NCBI GenBank assembly: GCA_038078615.1
Contig: JBBTWT010000003.1
Span: 2,563 to 66,562 of the forward strand
Direction of reading: 5' to 3'
Source of the DNA: Patescibacteria group bacterium
Lineage (GTDB): Bacteria; Patescibacteriota; Minisyncoccia; Moranbacterales; UBA1568
DNA: 64,000 nt
Position numbers and translations under genes: made by a program. Below the pieces are notes generated by a model. It worked only from the letters and a program-made list of their open reading frames with translations, did not search any database and had not been told where the DNA came from. The first letter of the stretch is position 1. Each line of letters opens with the position of its first letter. Below are positions 43,939-54,222 of this stretch, piece by piece.

Positions 43939-45465
43939 CTACTGCTCCCAGCGATAGACATCGATAGCGCCGCGCACCTGATCGTTGCTCACCTTGGTCA
44001 AATTTTTCGTCAGAAATTCTTTCGCATCCTTGCCGACATAATCATAATCATTGTCGGAGAGTATCACCCAGCCGGTCTGATATTCCGTCATCAGCTTCTC
44101 GAGATCAGCCTGCGAGAGCCGGGTCCTGGAAATCTCATCACCGAGATCGTATACCGGCACATTCGCGCCGCTAAAGTAATAATTGCGCACATTGCGTGTC
44201 ACAAGCACATCGGTCGCTACGTGATTTTTCTTGAAATATGCAAATACTTTCCGATAGTTCGGGTTGCTGCCGGAAGAGGTCTCATGGTAGGTATTGTTCT
44301 CCTCCGCGAAGTAGCCGAGATTCGGCACCAGAACGAAGAGCAGGCCCAGCACGGCGAGGGATTTCTTCGTCGTAACGATGCCGAACTTTTCACACGCGAG
44401 TTTCCAAACGCCGAAGACGCCGGCCGCGACGAGTATCATCGCGAACGTCTGGATGAAAAAGATGTACTGCGCGCCGATATTTCTCCGCCACAGCCATATC
44501 GCCATCGCGAGCGGTACGAGAAACGACAAAGAGAGCCACAGCGATTCTTTCGGCAGATTCTCGCGCTTGGCGATCCACCATCCGCCGAGTAACATAAGCA
44601 AAACAGCTAGGAGAGGATGGTAGTAATCGCGGAGCACATAGCTCACATACCCATAATGATCATCGAAGAAAATAAGCCCGCCGGCGAAAGAGCGAAAAAT
44701 TTTCGGAAAAAACATCGCGACAGCGATCGCTCCGACAAGACCGAGAATGAAAATAATGGAGTATTTGTGCCGCCATTCCCCATTCCGGCGGTATTCCTGG
44801 AACGCTCGCGCCACAAGGTAGATGGCTACGGAAAAAACTAGCGTTCCGGCCAATTGATGCGTCAGAAGCGAAAACGCGAAAAAGAATATGGCGGCAAGAG
44901 CAAAATGCACGTGAATACCGAATTTCTCTCCGATCAAACGGCACCAGCGCATACGACCGGTATAGGCCTTTTCCAAAGCGAGAAAAGCGAAAGTGGCAGC
45001 AGCGAGATAGAGAGGAAAAAACATCGCGTACATCCGGAGTGTCCGGTCGAAAACGATACCACTGACGGAAACCGCGAAAAACGCCGCCGCGAGAAGCGCA
45101 ATTTCCCGGCGCTTCGTCATCACAGACGCCGCCCAAAAAACCGCCAGTATCGAAATGATGCCCCACAGCACGCTCACGGATCGGGCCGCCGTCTCGGTCG
45201 GCGGCAGAAAGCGGAACAGCTGCGCCACCTGCCATTTGTACACGACCGCCCGCTCATCGCGCGGCACGTTGATATTCACTTCGGACAGACGGCCGAAATT
45301 GAAATCCCACGCCCGCCACTCTCCCGTCTGCGAGTATCCGTACGACGAATTCATATCGAGAAACTCATCCGACACGAAAGAATTGTTGCCAAGCCCGGAA
45401 AACCGCAGTCCCGTTCCGAAAATGACGATGGCTGCAAGCGCGATGATTGTTTGTTTCCAGCTCAT
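43939..45465 (-). CDS. GT-C fold glycosyltransferase (ArnT/PMT_2-like, family 39/83 type)
   Basis: At least 10 TMs. First external loop GLGNNSFVSDEFLD carries the acidic DE motif. Soluble C-terminal domain. Confidence 0.7.
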   Translation of the reverse strand: MSWKQTIIALAAIVIFGTGLRFSGLGNNSFVSDEFLDMNSSYGYSQTGEWRAWDFNFGRLSEVNINVPRDERAVVYKWQVAQLFRFLPPTETAARSVSVLWGIISILAVFWAASVMTKRREIALLAAAFFAVSVSGIVFDRTLRMYAMFFPLYLAAATFAFLALEKAYTGRMRWCRLIGEKFGIHVHFALAAIFFFAFSLLTHQLAGTLVFSVAIYLVARAFQEYRRNGEWRHKYSIIFILGLVGAIAVAMFFPKIFRSFAGGLIFFDDHYGYVSYVLRDYYHPLLAVLLMLLGGWWIAKRENLPKESLWLSLSFLVPLAMAIWLWRRNIGAQYIFFIQTFAMILVAAGVFGVWKLACEKFGIVTTKKSLAVLGLLFVLVPNLGYFAEENNTYHETSSGSNPNYRKVFAYFKKNHVATDVLVTRNVRNYYFSGANVPVYDLGDEISRTRLSQADLEKLMTEYQTGWVILSDNDYDYVGKDAKEFLTKNLTKVSNDQVRGAIDVYRWEQ

Positions 45466-45476
45466 AATATTGCATG

Positions 45477-47288
45477 TTAATTATTACCGATTCCGTTATT
45501 TTGCGCGTCTTCCATCTGATCCAATAAAGTCTCTTTTTCCTGTTGACTGGCCGCATTGCGATTGAAAAATTCTCTCCACGTATAGCGCGGCGGCGCCAAT
45601 GAATCGCTCGGTTTCGGCTTGGTAAAATCCTGCCGCACGCCGATGATCGCTTCCGCTTTCGGCAGAAGTTCGATCACGACCAGCGTACCGAACGCGATCG
45701 TTTCGCCGACGGTGTAACTCGCGCGATATTTCTTCAAAGCGTCCTCAAGATCGGATTGCGCCCGCAGGATGAGATAGTATATGCCTTCCCGATAGATCCC
45801 GTCGAAGCCCAAGACGGCATTCTCGATGCCGCGCTGTTCCAGGAGATACTTGAGCGCACGGCGATGCTGCGGCTCGCTCCACATATACACGGGATAGCCG
45901 GTTACCACGGAGCGTTTCTCGAGAAAATCGACGATGGCGTTCTGCTGCGCGAGCGTGACGCGGATGCGCTCCTTGAGTATCCTGTCCGGCGCGCTGTCTA
46001 TCGCGTCCGTTCCCGCACGCGACAACTCGTCGAAACGGTGATTCAGGGAATACAGATTGGATACGGCAAGCAAAAGAATGATACTGCCTACAATTTGTCT
46101 TCCGATCTTTCGCTCACCGAAAAACTTCCAGACAGCCTGCAACAACAGACCGATGAGAATCAGAAACAACGGTCCGGAAAGAAGGAAAAATCTCGGCGCG
46201 ATGTCGTATGCGAGCGGCAGGAACAATCCGAACGTCACGGCGAACCAGATCCCAGAAAGCCACAAAAAGTCCCTGTGTTTGCGCTCCCCCTCTTTCCAGA
46301 AAAACCACACGAGTGTAAACAAACTCATTCCAAAAATTACTACCGCCGCCACACCATACCATTTCCCCTTATCACAGCGGCTATCGCACGCCCAGCCTAC
46401 CGATTCCTGTTCTCCTCCGATGACGATAGCCGGAAACGTCCCGCTCTCGTTACCGGTCGCGATAACCATGCCGGCGAGCGCGTGTTCGGATACGTTGCGG
46501 ATAGCCTTTTCTGCGAGAGAGTGGTCGCTCTTGTTCGATTTGCTTGTAATCGCCTCAAAAAATTCTTTCGTATTCAACCAGCCAGTCTCTTTCTCATTGA
46601 GAACCATCGGCAGGTAGAGCGCGAGGGCGATCACCAGCGCACCAAGCCAGACTTTCAGGGAAAACCTCGGGTGGCGGATGATGAGAAACAAAGCAAAAAT
46701 GACCGGCAACGCAAGGAACGCGAGAAAATGAAAGTGCGTCGCCAAAATGAGAGAAAAAACCGATACGAGAAACCACAGTCCTTTCCTCGCTTCATTGTGA
46801 TCGACCGCGCGGAGCAGCGCGTAGAAGCCGAGCAGCACAAAAAACGGCAGGAGATTCGGATTCCATGCAAATCGCCCGTACATCACAAAATATGCCGATG
46901 CCGAAAACAGGAGCGTGAGTCCGAGCGACAGCCTCTGCGCGAAATACCGCCTCAGCAGGAGATAGAAGAGCGGTATGGCAAGTATGGACAAGACAGCCAC
47001 GAATCCGGCCATACCCGCAGGCGATCCGCCGAATACGAGCGCGCTCAGATATTCCAGATAATAAAATCCCGGCGCCAGACGGAGAAACGTCCCGCCGGCC
47101 TTCGGTCCGAGGAGCGGCAGATCAGTCGCGCCTCCCTCGAGCGCCGTATCGATGACGCGGGCATCGCGCGCCTGATCCAGCTCGAAATGCAGCCAATCGG
47201 AAAAATGATACGTACGCAGGAAAAACCCGAGTCCGATAATGATCACAAGTCCGAATATCACGAGTTGTTTCGAGGAAAATCTCATCAC
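45477..47288 (-). CDS. GT-C fold glycosyltransferase (ArnT/PMT_2-like)
   Basis: At least 11 TMs. First loop YHFSDWLHFELDQARDA. Soluble C-terminal domain. The tail NNGIGNN* is encoded by heptamer-like sequence. Confidence 0.7.
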   Translation of the reverse strand: MMRFSSKQLVIFGLVIIIGLGFFLRTYHFSDWLHFELDQARDARVIDTALEGGATDLPLLGPKAGGTFLRLAPGFYYLEYLSALVFGGSPAGMAGFVAVLSILAIPLFYLLLRRYFAQRLSLGLTLLFSASAYFVMYGRFAWNPNLLPFFVLLGFYALLRAVDHNEARKGLWFLVSVFSLILATHFHFLAFLALPVIFALFLIIRHPRFSLKVWLGALVIALALYLPMVLNEKETGWLNTKEFFEAITSKSNKSDHSLAEKAIRNVSEHALAGMVIATGNESGTFPAIVIGGEQESVGWACDSRCDKGKWYGVAAVVIFGMSLFTLVWFFWKEGERKHRDFLWLSGIWFAVTFGLFLPLAYDIAPRFFLLSGPLFLILIGLLLQAVWKFFGERKIGRQIVGSIILLLAVSNLYSLNHRFDELSRAGTDAIDSAPDRILKERIRVTLAQQNAIVDFLEKRSVVTGYPVYMWSEPQHRRALKYLLEQRGIENAVLGFDGIYREGIYYLILRAQSDLEDALKKYRASYTVGETIAFGTLVVIELLPKAEAIIGVRQDFTKPKPSDSLAPPRYTWREFFNRNAASQQEKETLLDQMEDAQNNGIGNN

Positions 47289-47389
47289 ATGGAAATGCTT
47301 TCTTTTTTTGCTTATTTGCGCTAGGATACGAGAGAACTTTTCTTCATCTTAAACCATTTGCAAGCGCAGGGCAAACCGCGCGAACCTCT

Positions 47390-49657
47390 ATGCAAGCCTT
47401 TTTCGCAAGCCTGGAAAACCGCGTCTACAGCCTCTTGGCCGTACTCATAGCGCTCAACACTCTTTTGTTCATCGCTCTCCAAGTCCCTGCGCTCACCCTT
47501 TTTCATTTTGCTTCCGACAATTCCATATTTTATCTCGGATTCGCCGGCCTGGCCGTCCTGACCCTTGGCAGCATCGCCTATTTCTCGCAAACGTTCGATT
47601 GGAAAAAACAGCTCTCAACTCTCCTCCTCGTCTGGCTGCCTGGAAGCATCATCCTCGCGTACGGCCTGAGTGAATCGAATAATTTCCACTATATTTTCAA
47701 AATGGCCATCGGAGGGTATGTCATCCTCACAGGAATACTCGTCTCGGCATTTTACATCGGCACGGCGCACGCCAACACAGAGGCGGACGCGGAAGCACTC
47801 ACCTGCAAGCAGTGGTTCGTCGCCCAAGGACTGCCGACGCTGCTTTTGCTGATTTTTGTCACGGGACTCTTCTTCGTCTTCGGCCTTTCTCGTCTTACAG
47901 AGTACGCCGCCGTAGACGAGCCGCTCTGGTTCGACGGCCGCATCGCGAAATACTGGAAAAACATCGGAGAACGTGATTGGAAAGGCACCAATATCAGCGA
48001 CAAACCCGGCATCACCGTCGCACTCGCCGCCGGTCCTGGGCTGTGGTTCAAGGGCCTCAAAGACTATCGCACCACCCACTACAAAGGCGAAGTCCTCAGC
48101 CTGAGAAACGATGTCGAGAGCTTCTATCTCGCGTACCGCCTGCCGATCCTCATCGTCATCACGCTGCTCCTGCCGCTCTTCTATTTCTTTCTCGAGCGCC
48201 TCGTGGGACGACGGCACGCGCTCTTCGGCTACGTCTTCATCGCGACCTCGCCGATCCTCATCGGTATGAGCAAGATCATCAATCCTGACTCCCTCCTCTG
48301 GCTCTTCGCCCCGCTTTCACTGCTTGCATACCTCGTCTTCCTGCGGCGCGGAGCTTTCCGCTATCTCATTTTCTCCGGCGTTCTCCTCGGACTGGCGTTA
48401 CTCACCAAATACGTTTCCAATATCCTCTTCATCTTTTTTATCGGGCTTATTTTCCTGGAATATCTGTTCCATCCGAAACAAGCCGCTCTCTCGTTCGTCG
48501 AACACCTGAAAAAATCCCTCAAGCACCTGGCACTCCTCACTTTTTCCGCGCTCACCACGTTCTATATCCTCTTTCCCGCCGTCTGGATAAAGCCGTCCAA
48601 GCTCCTCAAAGGCACGATCTTCAGCCAGGCTTTCGAGAAAGTAGCACCACTCTTCCTCATTCTGATCGCCTTCATCCTCATCGATCAGTGGCTGAACAAA
48701 GCCCGTGTCACATCCGCGCTTCTCGCACTTCTCGCAAGAGCCAAGCATGGCATCGCCGTGCTTGCAGGTTTGGTATTTTTCTCGGCCGCTCTTTTCACCA
48801 TTCTCAACACATGGCTCGATATGACACCGTACGACTTCATGCAGCTTCTCGCATCGCCGAAAACCATCGCCGGCAAAAGCGATTTCATCGGCGTGTTTCT
48901 CGCCAATTTCTACCCGCTTTTCTTCGGCGTCACGCCGCTCATCTTCCTCTCGCTTTTGGCCGCGCCGTTCTTTTTTCTGAAAAAGAATTTCAGTGAATCA
49001 GCCGCTCTGCGCGCCTCATTCTATCTGACCATTTTCATCCTCCTCTACTACCTCGGCACGACGGTCAACAATATCGGCGCCATCGTCCGCTATCAGATCA
49101 TCCTGTTTCCGATAGCCGCCATCGTCGCCGGTATTACGCTCGAGCATCTCTTCGTCGCGATCCACAAGAAGCTTTTCGTGCGAGAGATGCCAACGCCCGT
49201 ATTCGCGGCATCAGCCGTCGCGCTCATAGGCGCTGTCACGCTTCTGTTCACGCCCTTCCCGCTCAGTTACGCTTCTTCTTTTCTCCCGGCCAAATATCAC
49301 ATCGATGTCAAGGATATGGGCGCGGGGAGCTATGAGGTATCACGGTACTTGAACACGCTCCCCGATGCTGAAACATTGATCGTCTGGACCGACAAAGACG
49401 GCGTCTGCAAATTTTTCGTCGGCCGCTGTATGGGGAGTCTCAATTATGAACGACTCCGCGAAGAAGGTTTGGATTATATCGTCGTTTCTTCCGGACGCCA
49501 AAGCCGTACGACAAAGATGATGAGTGGGGATATCGTCAATAACAAGCCGGGACTCATCCGCTTTGACGAGTATTATACGAACACAGGCCCCGCTTTTCAG
49601 ATGTTCATCAATAATCGTCCGTCACACTACGTCAAAGTGTTCCGTTTCGAACCATAG
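47390..49657 (+). CDS. GT-C fold glycosyltransferase, paralog A of a tandem pair
   Basis: EYAAVDEPLWFDGRIAKYWKNIGERDWKGTNISDKPGITVAL, many TMs, C-terminal ...GVCKFFVGRC...YVKVFRFEP. Confidence 0.7.
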   Translation: MQAFFASLENRVYSLLAVLIALNTLLFIALQVPALTLFHFASDNSIFYLGFAGLAVLTLGSIAYFSQTFDWKKQLSTLLLVWLPGSIILAYGLSESNNFHYIFKMAIGGYVILTGILVSAFYIGTAHANTEADAEALTCKQWFVAQGLPTLLLLIFVTGLFFVFGLSRLTEYAAVDEPLWFDGRIAKYWKNIGERDWKGTNISDKPGITVALAAGPGLWFKGLKDYRTTHYKGEVLSLRNDVESFYLAYRLPILIVITLLLPLFYFFLERLVGRRHALFGYVFIATSPILIGMSKIINPDSLLWLFAPLSLLAYLVFLRRGAFRYLIFSGVLLGLALLTKYVSNILFIFFIGLIFLEYLFHPKQAALSFVEHLKKSLKHLALLTFSALTTFYILFPAVWIKPSKLLKGTIFSQAFEKVAPLFLILIAFILIDQWLNKARVTSALLALLARAKHGIAVLAGLVFFSAALFTILNTWLDMTPYDFMQLLASPKTIAGKSDFIGVFLANFYPLFFGVTPLIFLSLLAAPFFFLKKNFSESAALRASFYLTIFILLYYLGTTVNNIGAIVRYQIILFPIAAIVAGITLEHLFVAIHKKLFVREMPTPVFAASAVALIGAVTLLFTPFPLSYASSFLPAKYHIDVKDMGAGSYEVSRYLNTLPDAETLIVWTDKDGVCKFFVGRCMGSLNYERLREEGLDYIVVSSGRQSRTTKMMSGDIVNNKPGLIRFDEYYTNTGPAFQMFINNRPSHYVKVFRFEP

Positions 49658-49716
49658 CGCAAAAACCGCTCTGCCAGGTGGGACAACGTAATATATTCAA
49701 AGCGGTGCCAGCGGGT

Positions 49717-51543
49717 ATGACAAGTTTTCTGAAAAGATATTTTTCTCACATTTCGCTTGCCTTCATTCTTTCTTTGTATTTTTTCTTCGGTTTCCAGCAC
49801 CTCGAAAAATTTATCACCGCGGATGAACACTATTGGATCGAGGAACGCATTCCACAATATTGGCACGCGGTAACGAATGGCAAATGGAAGAAAACACTCA
49901 TCAATGACAAGCCCGGCGTAGCGCTCGCCCTCATCTCAGGGCCAGCGCTTCTCTTCCATAACGATACGACACTCGGCTGTCAGGAACAGGATGGGTGGTT
50001 CCGTCATTGTGATCCGGAGATGACATCTCGGCTGTACGCGTCGTTCCGTCTCCCGATCCTCTTGGTAAACGCTGCTTTCCTCATACTCATTTTTTTCTCG
50101 ATACGGGCGTTCTCCGATCGCTTCGTCGCGATGGCCGCCACAGGACTCATGGCGCTTTCCCCAAACCTCGTTGGAATGTCACAGATTGTCAATCCGGATT
50201 CCCTGCTCTGGTCGTCTGGCTCAGCCGCGCTCTTCGCCTTCCTGGCCTTCCTCAAAACAGGAAAACGATCCTTCGCCCTTTGGGCAATCGTTGCCCTGAC
50301 GCTCGCGCTCCTTTCAAAATACACCGCTCTCATCATCATATTTTTTCTCCCGTTTTTCGTGCTTGCAACACTCTTCCTCGATCCGTCTTTCTCACCGCTT
50401 TCGCCACGAAAAAAGTTTTCGGCTCTGACAGGAATATCCGCTATACCGTTTTTCCTCTTCCTGGCCATCGTCCCCGGCGTCCTTTCGTCCAAGGAACGGA
50501 TAACCACATTCCTCACTGCGGGAACCGGATCCTTCCTCCCGTGGATCGGTTATGCTATCCTCATTTCGCTTCTCGTTGCGGTCTCGTTTTTCCGTATCCC
50601 AAAAAAACTTGAACCAGTGATCCTGTTCTCGACTCGCTTTGCGCTCCGGATGATCGCGATCGGTTTTTTCGCGCTTTCCGTCTCACTCGTTCTGGAAAGG
50701 GCGATCTTTCCTTTGTGGGACATCTGGAACGTCATCCCGTTTGACATCAAAAACCTCACAAACGCGCGGTACTATCTCGCGACACCACTCTCCTGGCTCG
50801 ATATCACCTTTCTTGAGCTTTCGCCACTCATATACGGACTCCCGATGGCGACACTTTTCTTCGCGCTCTTCGTGATCGGTTTCTCGGTTCTCTCGAAAAC
50901 GAAGAAGAATTTTTCCATCGTTCTCATCTTCACTTTTTTCATTGTCATTCACCTTGCCACGCTTGGAGTCTCAAATGTCCTGGCGATACCGCGCTACATC
51001 ATCCTCATTTTCCCCATATTCGCGCTTCTCGCCGCGATCGGTATGAAAGAACTATGGGGACTTCTTCCAAAAAAATTCCAAACAAAAAAATACCTCGCTA
51101 TCGGAGGAACCGCCCTGGTACTGGTTTCTCTCGGGAGCTTGCTTGCAAGCAAGCCGTACTACACCAATTTCGCGAACAGCCTTCTCCCCGAAAAATCCCT
51201 CATTTCACATTCCTGGGGCTATGGCGGATATGAGGCCGCACAATACCTGAATGCCCTCCCCGAAGCGAAGGATCTCACTATCTGGTCCGATTATTACGGT
51301 GTCTGTGAATTCTTCGTCGGCCGCTGTCTTACTGTCTATACCTTCGACCCAAAAATCACTCCGGACTACTATGTTCTCACCAGACGCGGACAGATCCGCT
51401 ATATATCAAAATATGACCGATGGGAGGAAAAATCCGGCCTGACGGCATACCGGTACTACAACCGGATCGATCCGGTATTCGGCATCAGTATCAATGGAAA
51501 AGAATCGAACTTCGTGAAAGTTTTCAGGGTTGACAAGCCCTAG
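49717..51543 (+). CDS. GT-C fold glycosyltransferase, paralog B of a tandem pair
   Basis: FITADEHYWIEERIPQYWHAVTNGKWKKTLINDKPGVALAL and ...GVCEFFVGRC...FVKVFRVDKP are colinear with the upstream gene. ATG at 49717 preferred. Confidence 0.7.
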   Translation: MTSFLKRYFSHISLAFILSLYFFFGFQHLEKFITADEHYWIEERIPQYWHAVTNGKWKKTLINDKPGVALALISGPALLFHNDTTLGCQEQDGWFRHCDPEMTSRLYASFRLPILLVNAAFLILIFFSIRAFSDRFVAMAATGLMALSPNLVGMSQIVNPDSLLWSSGSAALFAFLAFLKTGKRSFALWAIVALTLALLSKYTALIIIFFLPFFVLATLFLDPSFSPLSPRKKFSALTGISAIPFFLFLAIVPGVLSSKERITTFLTAGTGSFLPWIGYAILISLLVAVSFFRIPKKLEPVILFSTRFALRMIAIGFFALSVSLVLERAIFPLWDIWNVIPFDIKNLTNARYYLATPLSWLDITFLELSPLIYGLPMATLFFALFVIGFSVLSKTKKNFSIVLIFTFFIVIHLATLGVSNVLAIPRYIILIFPIFALLAAIGMKELWGLLPKKFQTKKYLAIGGTALVLVSLGSLLASKPYYTNFANSLLPEKSLISHSWGYGGYEAAQYLNALPEAKDLTIWSDYYGVCEFFVGRCLTVYTFDPKITPDYYVLTRRGQIRYISKYDRWEEKSGLTAYRYYNRIDPVFGISINGKESNFVKVFRVDKP

Positions 51544-52487
51544 GGAGTAATCCGAACCATTGGTTTTTTCCGTTCGCGAAGATAATATGGTAAAGCGCCG
51601 AACGAGATGAACATCTGGATGAAGCGCGAAAGGAGTGCCACCGTCACCGCTGTCTCGATACTCACCCCGACGAGGCCGAAAAACGTGATGTAGGCCCACT
51701 CCTTGATGCCGATGTTGTTGATCGAGAGCGGTACGGCCGATATGATCGTCACGAGAAAGATCACGGAGAGAAACGCGATGAATCCGATATCGCTCCCGAG
51801 CGCGTGAAACAGCGTGAAATTGGATAGCGCCACGCCGACCAGCATAAAAAATGCCGACCAGAGGCTGGTGCGCCACCAGATATATTTCTTCGTGTAGAAG
51901 ATTATTTCTTCAAACAGCCTGCGGATTTTCTGAAACGGAATGGCTGCGACAAACCGATGAAACCACGGCTGGCAGTACGCGTACGTGACGATGAGATCCA
52001 GAATGAAAAAAACGGCGAGTACGGCAAGCGTCAGAGCGAGCGGAATACTCGTCTTTATGAACGGAAAAAGAAGCGGGCTGAAAGCGAGTGCCAGAAGCGC
52101 CATCGTCCAGAGTCCGATGAAACGATCGAAAACGACGGTCGACAGGGCGGCCGCTTTCGCGCCGGTATGTTTGGCGAGCCACAGGCTGCGATAGGCATCT
52201 CCGCCGATCGTCGAGGGCAGGAAATTGTTGATGAACGCTCCGGTCAGATACGTGAAGAATCCCTCTTTCACCGTGAAACGCAGTTCCTTGAAGCTCGCGA
52301 TGATCTGCCACTTCCTCGCCGAGATGAGATTGCCGAGAAGTTGAAAAAAAATATACAGAAAAAGGAGCGGTATCGAGACATCATAGAGTCGCGCGCCGAC
52401 CGTCGCCCAATCGACGCGCTCGATGAGCCACAGGATAAGTCCGCCACTTATGATCACCTTGATGCTGAAGAAAACCGCCTTTTTCAT
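51540..52487 (-). CDS. flippase-like membrane protein (UPF0104 / LPG_synthase_TM family)
   Basis: Eight TM helices. Conserved FINNFLPSTIGGDAYR motif. Confidence 0.7.
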   Translation of the reverse strand: MKKAVFFSIKVIISGGLILWLIERVDWATVGARLYDVSIPLLFLYIFFQLLGNLISARKWQIIASFKELRFTVKEGFFTYLTGAFINNFLPSTIGGDAYRSLWLAKHTGAKAAALSTVVFDRFIGLWTMALLALAFSPLLFPFIKTSIPLALTLAVLAVFFILDLIVTYAYCQPWFHRFVAAIPFQKIRRLFEEIIFYTKKYIWWRTSLWSAFFMLVGVALSNFTLFHALGSDIGFIAFLSVIFLVTIISAVPLSINNIGIKEWAYITFFGLVGVSIETAVTVALLSRFIQMFISFGALPYYLRERKKPMVRITP

Positions 52488-52532
52488 ATACCGTTCATAA
52501 TACGTGTTGTATGTGTCGGATCGTGTTGCCTG

Positions 52533-52568
52533 ATATCACTTTTTACGCAATTGCGTAAAAAGTGATAT
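52533..52568. promoter_or_regulatory. 36-nt perfect palindrome, copy 2 (same 28-nt core as 34959-34986)
   Basis: ATATCACTTTTTACGCAATTGCGTAAAAAGTGATAT. Ends 46 nt upstream of the minus-strand ATG at 52487. Confidence 0.8.
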
Positions 52569-52612
52569 TTCATAAGCGAGATGAATACCAATTTATTTTT
52601 TACTGTCTCTTC

Positions 52613-52658
52613 ATAAAAAAATATATCATAATTCCACGGTCGTGGAATTATGATATAT
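52613..52658 (-). terminator. terminator with an 18-bp perfect AT-rich stem overlapping the GT4 stop codon
   Basis: ATATATCATAATTCCACG-GT-CGTGGAATTATGATATAT (52621-52658). On the minus RNA it is followed by UUUUUU. Confidence 0.7.
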
Positions 52659-53796
52659 TCCTGTATACCTCTACATATTGTCTGGCGATGTTTTTCCAGC
52701 TCATCTTCTCGGCGCGTGTGCGGCTCGCCTCGCCGAAGCGCTGTCGCAGTGCCGGATCAGCGATAAGCCGTGCCAGCTTTTCCGCGATATCCTCGGCCGA
52801 TCTCATCTTCACGATAAATCCATTCTCCCCGTCCGCGACCAATTCTTTGCTTCCGCCGGTATCAGTCGCGATGATCGGCAAACCTGACGCGAGCGCCTCG
52901 AGCAGAGCGTTGCTCATCCCCTCGTTCTGCGATGGCAAAACGAACACGCTCGCTTCCTGATAATACGGAGCGGTCTCTTCGCGCGGGATGCGCCCGAGAA
53001 ACATCACGTGACTTTCGAGTTTCATTACCTTGACCATATTTTCCAGCCGCTCCTTGTCATCGCCATCTCCGAGAATTTTCAATCGTATCTGAGGAGATTT
53101 CGCGACGAGCATAGAGACAGCTTCGATGAGATATTGGACTCCCTTCCGCATGGTGACGCGCGAGGCGCCGAGCGTGATGATGAATGCATCCTCCGGACGC
53201 GCTTCCGGCCGAGGACTGAAGTGATTGCTATCGATACCGTTGTGGATGACATCGATCGGCTGCTCCCGATTCGTCCGCAGAGCCAGCTCCCTCAGTCCCT
53301 CGCTGTTCGCAACCACGAACGCCGAATGCTTCCAGACGAACCTGATGATCGGTTTCAAAAAAATATATAAGAAAGAAAACCGCTCGCTGTATCCGGGCAC
53401 GTCCGCCCCGCGCAAAGAGACGATATACGGAATTTTGAACCGGCGGCCGAGAAGATAGGCTTGGACACCGCAGGGAACGCTGAAAAACGCGTGGATAGCG
53501 TCAAAATCGCCTGGAGAGAGGAGTTTCCTGGCAAAACGGTATCCTGCCCAGGAATACCGCAAAACGTCAAAAATAGACTGAAAATGAAGCGTCTGGGGGC
53601 TCTTGCCGATCGGCAGGCTATGGACGAAGACTTGGTCCCCTACCGTGGCCTCATGCGCCTTGTCATCCGCGGACGATGTCACCAGATGCACCTCGAGATC
53701 GGGCACCTGCGCATACTCCTTGAGCAGGTATTCCGTCGCATTCCCCGCTCCGCCCCCGAGCGGCGGATATTCATAATTGAGAAACAGGATTTTCAT
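52648..53796 (-). CDS. glycosyltransferase family 4
   Basis: MKILFLNYEYPPLGGGAGN and PSQNEGMSNALLEALASGLPIIATDTGGSKELV. Confidence 0.85.
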   Translation of the reverse strand: MKILFLNYEYPPLGGGAGNATEYLLKEYAQVPDLEVHLVTSSADDKAHEATVGDQVFVHSLPIGKSPQTLHFQSIFDVLRYSWAGYRFARKLLSPGDFDAIHAFFSVPCGVQAYLLGRRFKIPYIVSLRGADVPGYSERFSFLYIFLKPIIRFVWKHSAFVVANSEGLRELALRTNREQPIDVIHNGIDSNHFSPRPEARPEDAFIITLGASRVTMRKGVQYLIEAVSMLVAKSPQIRLKILGDGDDKERLENMVKVMKLESHVMFLGRIPREETAPYYQEASVFVLPSQNEGMSNALLEALASGLPIIATDTGGSKELVADGENGFIVKMRSAEDIAEKLARLIADPALRQRFGEASRTRAEKMSWKNIARQYVEVYRNIS

Positions 53797-54218
53797 ATGC
53801 CTCGCTTTGATCGCCTATAGGCAAGGATGATTCTAGCAAAAGAAACAATAATAAAAATAACGTAGAGAAGAAAAAGTATCAGGAATTCAAATGCTCCTTG
53901 TGCTACTCCACCAAAGCCACTCTGCTGGTGACTGGAATTGATGAGATATGTGATGACAATAATTATTGGTACAAACCAGCGAGCAATATTCCACCAAGCA
54001 CGGAACATTTCTTCCCGCATTTTGTAGGTTATGAGAGAGAGGAGAAAAACTAGCAAGAGAGGTAACAGGGTAACCAATATGATACCCAGAGGCTCATCTT
54101 CTTGAATTCTACAAAAAGGTGCGTTACATAAAATACTCAAGCTAAGTATTCCTAAGAAGTAAATAAAGTAAACTGCTGATACCAAAAACGCTATCTTTTT
54201 CATAATTTTAATTCTCAC
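53793..54218 (-). CDS. small four-TM membrane protein (hypothetical)
   Basis: Four hydrophobic helices. AT-rich. Its 3' end overlaps the downstream GT4 gene start by 4 nt, and its start lies only 4 nt below the stop of the upstream giant gene. Confidence 0.45.
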   Translation of the reverse strand: MRIKIMKKIAFLVSAVYFIYFLGILSLSILCNAPFCRIQEDEPLGIILVTLLPLLLVFLLSLITYKMREEMFRAWWNIARWFVPIIIVITYLINSSHQQSGFGGVAQGAFEFLILFLLYVIFIIVSFARIILAYRRSKRGI

Positions 54219-54222
54219 AAGT

